A stretch of DNA of 64,000 nucleotides. It comes from Pseudomonadota bacterium. GTDB taxonomy: Bacteria > Pseudomonadota > Alphaproteobacteria > Rhizobiales > Xanthobacteraceae. Below, in pieces: positions 58,180-64,000 of the stretch; within the stretch, counting starts at the first letter, position 1, and each line of letters opens with the position of its first letter. The stretch covers positions 24,310 to 88,309 of the forward strand of contig JAFAGM010000005.1 in assembly GCA_023422775.1 (NCBI GenBank). The letters are read 5' to 3'. A program made the position numbers and the translations under genes. A model generated the notes under the pieces. The model was not told where the DNA came from and did no database searches. It saw nothing but the letters and a program-made list of their open reading frames with translations.

Positions 58180-59118
58180 ATGATGATCCTGTCGGAATTT
58201 GTTCTTACCATGTCTCTCTCTCCCGAAATCCAGGACGCCGTCGTGCTGCGCCGGATCGGCACAGCCAGCCTGATCGAGCTGCGGGCACCCGTTCGCGCCA
58301 GCGAGCGCCGCGCAGGCCACATTGCAAACGCGCCCGATGACAGCCTCTGCATTTATCAGCAGCTCGGCTCCGGCAGCCGTTTCAGCGGCAATCCGGAATT
58401 TTGCATTCATCACGGAATGTTCGCGACGAGTTATTCGAACCTTCCCTACGAAACCGCCGCCCTCGCCGACGACGGCTTTCACCTGCGTATCCTCAGGGTG
58501 CCGGCGGCCGACCTGCGACCGTCGCAACCGGATCTTGTGAAGGCAGGTCTCGGCGATCTCGTGCCGAAGCCGTTTTGCGAAAACGGCGCACTGGTCCCGC
58601 TTCTGGCCTCATGCTTCCGCGACCTGAAGGAAACCGACGAAGCGCGCGAGCCCGAGAGTGCACGATCGCTGGTGCAGGCGCTGGCTCAACTGGCCTTGAT
58701 CGAGCGCGGCCTCATACGGCCGAGCAGCCGGGCGGCGCTGCACGCGCTTCGCGTCGGCCGCTTGTCGCTGGCGCGGCGGTTGATCGCGCGCAACATCTCG
58801 CTGTCAACGCTTTCCCCTCGGCTCGTGGCGGACCTGCTCGGGATTTCCGTTCGGCATCTGCACATCCTGTTCGAGAACAGCGATGTCAGCTTTGCCCAGG
58901 CCGTGACCGCGGAGCGCCTCGCCGAAAGCCGCAGGCTCTTGACGCAACCCCGGGAGCAGTCGATTTCGGAAATCGCGATGGCCTGCGGCTTCAACAGCCT
59001 CGCGACATTCTACCGTTCATTCCAGGCAGCCTACGGCATCTCGCCGGGCAGTTTCCGGGCCGCGCAACGGGCGCATGGAGCACCATCTGCAACGTCAGGT
59101 TCGGCGGAAGTGGTATGA
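58180..59118 (+). CDS. AraC family transcriptional regulator
   Basis: GISVRHLHILF and ISEIAMACGFNSLATFYRSF HTH pair. Start uncertain (58180 or 58210). Confidence 0.9.
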   Translation: MMILSEFVLTMSLSPEIQDAVVLRRIGTASLIELRAPVRASERRAGHIANAPDDSLCIYQQLGSGSRFSGNPEFCIHHGMFATSYSNLPYETAALADDGFHLRILRVPAADLRPSQPDLVKAGLGDLVPKPFCENGALVPLLASCFRDLKETDEAREPESARSLVQALAQLALIERGLIRPSSRAALHALRVGRLSLARRLIARNISLSTLSPRLVADLLGISVRHLHILFENSDVSFAQAVTAERLAESRRLLTQPREQSISEIAMACGFNSLATFYRSFQAAYGISPGSFRAAQRAHGAPSATSGSAEVV

Positions 59119-59395
59119 CCCATTCGCGCGGGCCCCGGTGATCCACGAGTGTTCCCCGGCATTTTGTGCCAAAACATTAAGCTTTTTCGGACCTTCGCGC
59201 CCCACCTCCATTGACTTTAGCCGATTGGGCCCTATGTTCCGGCTCAACGCGGCCTTGGATCGAAGCGCGATTCCCTGGTTTGCCGCTCGTCTGCGTAAGT
59301 CAGAGCCCCCAGCTTCCTAGAGCGCGCCGTTTCGGGGCAAAACGCGACAGCCTTTTTACCTTCGATTCCGAACGGCGGTGTCGATTAGAGGCTCA

Positions 59396-60886
<1,491 letters not shown>

Positions 60887-61015
60887 ACGAATTCGGCATG
60901 ACCCCGGCGGCCGGTTTACCGGCCGTTCATTCTCCTCGATTAGCCTGCCAGCGATAATTTAAATCATTCCTGCGCACGGCAACGAGCGGCACTGCTCGAT
61001 ATTGGGGACGGATCA

Positions 61016-62083
61016 GTGGTCAAGCTGCTCGACGAACACGAGCGCACTTTGGCGTTTGCCGAAGTCGCGCTGGGCCAGATCAAATCCCTCCGGCATACCG
61101 CCGTCCCGCGCAACTACGAAATCTGGTACGTCTACGCGACCGGGTACAACGCGCCGCTCAACAAGATCATCAACGAGACGCTGGCGCGCAACGGCAAACT
61201 GAGCGAAGCCGATCTCGAACAGATCTACGAATCCTACCTCTCCCACATCAAGGCCTCCGACCGCATCGACAAGGTCGGCGCGCGGGTGATCGGCGAAATC
61301 GACGACGTGATGAGCCTGATCGTCGATGCGCTCGGCATGTCGCAGAGCTATGACGCCAGGCTGAGCGGCGCCAGCGAGAAGCTCCGGAGCGCCAGGAACC
61401 GCGACCAGATCAAGGCGGTCGTCGATGGCCTTCTGAAGTCCACCCGCGAGATGCAGGAGACCAACAAGGCGCTGGAGAGCCGGCTGGCGCTGTCAAAGAC
61501 GGAGATCAGCAATCTCCAGCACAGCCTGGAAGCGATCCGCGCCGAGAGCCTCACCGATCCGTTGACCGGACTGGGCAACCGCAAATATTTCGACCGCTCG
61601 TTCGACATGGCGGTCCGCGCGGCGCTGTCGAGCGGCGAGCCGCTGTCGCTCCTGATGTTCGACATCGATCATTTCAAGTCGTTCAACGATTCCTACGGCC
61701 ACCTCACCGGCGATCAGGTGCTGCGGCTGGTCAGCATGTCGCTGAAACAGACCATCAAGGGCCAGGACATTACCGCGCGCTACGGCGGCGAGGAATTCGC
61801 AGTCGTGCTGCCCAACACCGCGCTGCGCCAGGCGCTGACGGTCGCCGACCACATCCGCCGCGCCGTCATGGCGAAGGAATTGAAGAAGAAGTCCACCGGC
61901 GAAATCCTCGGCCGCGTCACCATCTCGGTCGGCGTTTCCATGCTGAAGCCCGATGACGACACCGACTCGCTGATCGAACGCGCCGACGCCTGCCTCTACG
62001 CCGCCAAGCGCAACGGCCGCAACCGCGTCATCTGCGAAGCCGATCCCGAATACGCCGACGAGACCCGCAGCCAAGTCGCCTAA
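61016..62083 (+). CDS. Diguanylate cyclase (GGDEF) with N-terminal coiled coil
   Basis: TDPLTGLGNR, DIDHFKSFNDSYGH and RYGGEEF motifs. Confidence 0.95.
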   Translation: MVKLLDEHERTLAFAEVALGQIKSLRHTAVPRNYEIWYVYATGYNAPLNKIINETLARNGKLSEADLEQIYESYLSHIKASDRIDKVGARVIGEIDDVMSLIVDALGMSQSYDARLSGASEKLRSARNRDQIKAVVDGLLKSTREMQETNKALESRLALSKTEISNLQHSLEAIRAESLTDPLTGLGNRKYFDRSFDMAVRAALSSGEPLSLLMFDIDHFKSFNDSYGHLTGDQVLRLVSMSLKQTIKGQDITARYGGEEFAVVLPNTALRQALTVADHIRRAVMAKELKKKSTGEILGRVTISVGVSMLKPDDDTDSLIERADACLYAAKRNGRNRVICEADPEYADETRSQVA

Positions 62084-62520
62084 GCCTTCTCCCTGGACTT
62101 GCGCCTCGTCGGCCTCCGTTTCGCGGCAGCCTCGGCCGGTTTGCGCGCAGGCTTCTTTGTTGCCCTCGACTTCGCCGCCTTGCGCGGCTTCGGCCCCTTT
62201 CGCAGGGCAGCGCGTTGCGCCGCCGCCAGCGCCGCCCTCGCCCATTCGGCCAGTTCCTCGGAATCATCGAACAACCGTGCCGGCAACTGCCAGTACGAGT
62301 TCACCGTGACCGTCTTCGCCCGCGTCTGATACTGGAACGGCTTCGAGCCCTCCGCCTCGAACTGCGGAATGGTCGTCTCGTCAGCGCGGAAATAGAGCCC
62401 GGCGCGGAGCGCGAGCGCGAAGTTGGTGCCGTCGGCGGAAATGCCGTAGCCGGAAAACATTTTCCTGATGGTCACCGGACCGAAATCGGCGAACAGATCG
62501 ATCAGGAAATCGCGGTCCAT
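62080..62520 (-). CDS. TfoX/Sxy N-terminal domain protein
   Basis: RKMFSGYG, LYFRAD, PFQY and SYWQLP motifs. Confidence 0.88.
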   Translation of the reverse strand: MDRDFLIDLFADFGPVTIRKMFSGYGISADGTNFALALRAGLYFRADETTIPQFEAEGSKPFQYQTRAKTVTVNSYWQLPARLFDDSEELAEWARAALAAAQRAALRKGPKPRKAAKSRATKKPARKPAEAAAKRRPTRRKSREKA

Positions 62521-62545
62521 GATAGCCCCAACCTCGACGTCAGCC

Positions 62546-62646
62546 CCTCATGGTGAGGAGGCGCGCGAGCGCCGTCTCGAACCATGCGGCCCCGATCTCG
62601 GCCGCCACCATCCTTCGAGACGCGCGCCGCGCTCCTCAGGATGAGG
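62546..62646. repeat. Palindromic repeat element (CCTCATGGTGAGGAG family)
   Basis: CCTCATGGTGAGGAGGCGCG...GTCTCGAA / TTCGAGAC...CTCCTCAGGATGAGG. Confidence 0.8.
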
Positions 62647-62659
62647 TCCGTGCGTGAAC

Positions 62660-63064
62660 CTAGACCTTCGCCGGCGTCAGTTGCACGGACTCGCCGCAGC
62701 CGCAGGCCGAAACCTGGTTGGGGTTGTTGAAGATGAACTGGGCCTGCATCTTGTCGGCCTTGTAGTCCATCTCGGTGCCGAGCAGGAACAGGACCGCCTT
62801 GGGATCGACCAGGATCTTCACACCCTTGTCCTCGACCACTTCGTCGGTCGGGCGGACCTCGTGGGCGTATTCCACTGTGTAGGACTGCCCGGCGCAGCCG
62901 CCGTTCTTGATGCCGACGCGAAGGCCGACGATCTCGGAATCGGCGCGCCTGGTCAGTTCCGTGATCCGCTGCGCGGCGGCCTCGGTCAGTTTCATGACCT
63001 GCGGGCGGGGCCGCGGCTTCGGCTTGGCGGCAGGCGTTGGTGAAGCGGGTGTCATGTCATTCAT
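62660..63064 (-). CDS. A-type Fe-S cluster carrier (IscA/SufA, HesB family)
   Basis: GGCAG and FNNPN...CGCGES motifs. Confidence 0.95.
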   Translation of the reverse strand: MNDMTPASPTPAAKPKPRPRPQVMKLTEAAAQRITELTRRADSEIVGLRVGIKNGGCAGQSYTVEYAHEVRPTDEVVEDKGVKILVDPKAVLFLLGTEMDYKADKMQAQFIFNNPNQVSACGCGESVQLTPAKV

Positions 63065-63130
63065 GTGATCATTCCGAGCGGCAAATCAATGCCAGTCATG
63101 TTCCCGTAAAGCCGTTAACCGCGACGCAAC

Positions 63131-63502
63131 TCACCACATATTGAGGACGAGGCGGGCCTCGTCGGACATGCGATCCGGCGTCCAGGCCGGATCCCACACC
63201 AGATTGACGTTGACGACGCCGACGCCGGGCACGCTGGCGATGGCGTTCTCGACCATGGTCGGCAGTTCGCCGGCCGCCGGGCAGTTCGGCGTGGTCAGCG
63301 TCATCATCACGTCGACGCTGCGGTCGTCCTTGAGGTCGACCTTGTAGATCAGGCCGAGTTCGTAGATGTCGGCCGGAATTTCCGGATCGAACACCGTCTT
63401 CAGCGCGGCGACGATTTCGCTACCCAACCGCTCGGTCTCCTCGGGCGGCAGCGCCGAGATGGTTTCCATATTGGCGGTCTTGATTTCGGCCGTGTCACTC
63501 AT
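63131..63502 (-). CDS. SUF system Fe-S assembly protein (DUF59/SufT)
   Basis: DPEIP..IYELGLIY, MTLTTPNCP and WDPAW motifs. Confidence 0.93.
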   Translation of the reverse strand: MSDTAEIKTANMETISALPPEETERLGSEIVAALKTVFDPEIPADIYELGLIYKVDLKDDRSVDVMMTLTTPNCPAAGELPTMVENAIASVPGVGVVNVNLVWDPAWTPDRMSDEARLVLNMW

Positions 63503-64000
63503 GCGAACAAATCCCGCGCCTTGATCAGCGCCTGTGCCAGATGGTCGACTTCTTCCCGGGTATTATACATCCCAAACGATGCGCGGCAGGTAGCTGTGAT
63601 ATTGAACCGCTCTAAAAGCGGCATTACGCAATGGGTGCCGGCGCGCACCGCAATTCCCTGCCTATCGATCACGGTGGCAACATCGTGGGGGTGGGCGCCC
63701 TTCATCTCGAAGGAAATCACCGGTCCCTTGCCCTTCGCGGTGCCGATCAGCCGCAGCGAGTTGATTTCGCGCAAGCGCTCCTGGGCATAGGTCAGGAGGT
63801 CGTGCTCGTGGGCTGCAATGCGCTCCTTGCCGATCGAATTGACGTAGTCGATCGCAGCCCCCAGCCCGATCGATTCCACGATCGCGGGCGTGCCGGCCTC
63901 GAACTTGTGCGGCGGGTCGCCATAGGTCACCCAGTCGCGGGCGACCTCGCGGATCATCTCGCCGCCGCCGTTATAGGGCCGCATCGCGACCAGGTGCTCA
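63499..64000 (-). CDS. sufS: Cysteine desulfurase, 3' part only (5' end outside the window)
   Basis: GGGEMI, FEAGTP, RAGTHC and RASFGMYN motifs. Confidence 0.95.
   Translation of the reverse strand, partial: EHLVAMRPYNGGGEMIREVARDWVTYGDPPHKFEAGTPAIVESIGLGAAIDYVNSIGKERIAAHEHDLLTYAQERLREINSLRLIGTAKGKGPVISFEMKGAHPHDVATVIDRQGIAVRAGTHCVMPLLERFNITATCRASFGMYNTREEVDHLAQALIKARDLFA

Overview
GC-rich alphaproteobacterial chromosomal segment. Gene content, small-protein families and palindromic repeats point to Bradyrhizobium or a close relative (inference). Most of the window is core genome: tRNA-Pro/DUF192/csp/sirtuin, gloA/GST, tRNA-Glu, DAHP synthase, epmB-epmA-efp, recJ, aminotransferase-hom-glpX, phaC, argC, parE, a DEAD-box helicase, a GGDEF protein and the end of the suf operon. 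A LysR-linked ABC importer with two tandem metallophosphoesterases lies at the left end. No transposase, integrase, prophage, rRNA or CRISPR array is visible. The most interesting signals are regulatory elements and small ORFs missing from the ORF track. (1) A leaderless 24-aa leader peptide with four consecutive Arg codons and 1:2/2:3/3:4 attenuator pairing precedes a paiB-like/argC operon, a candidate arginine-sensing ribosome-mediated attenuator. (2) A leaderless leader peptide with a Tyr-Trp-Tyr-Phe-x-Phe run and a classical attenuator precedes DAHP synthase. (3) Two exact EcfG-type (GGAAC-N16-CGTT) promoters appear to drive a candidate ~80-nt sRNA and a 26-aa membrane peptide. (4) There are several unannotated small ORFs. 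All calls come from reading the sequence; no database searches or folding calculations were run.
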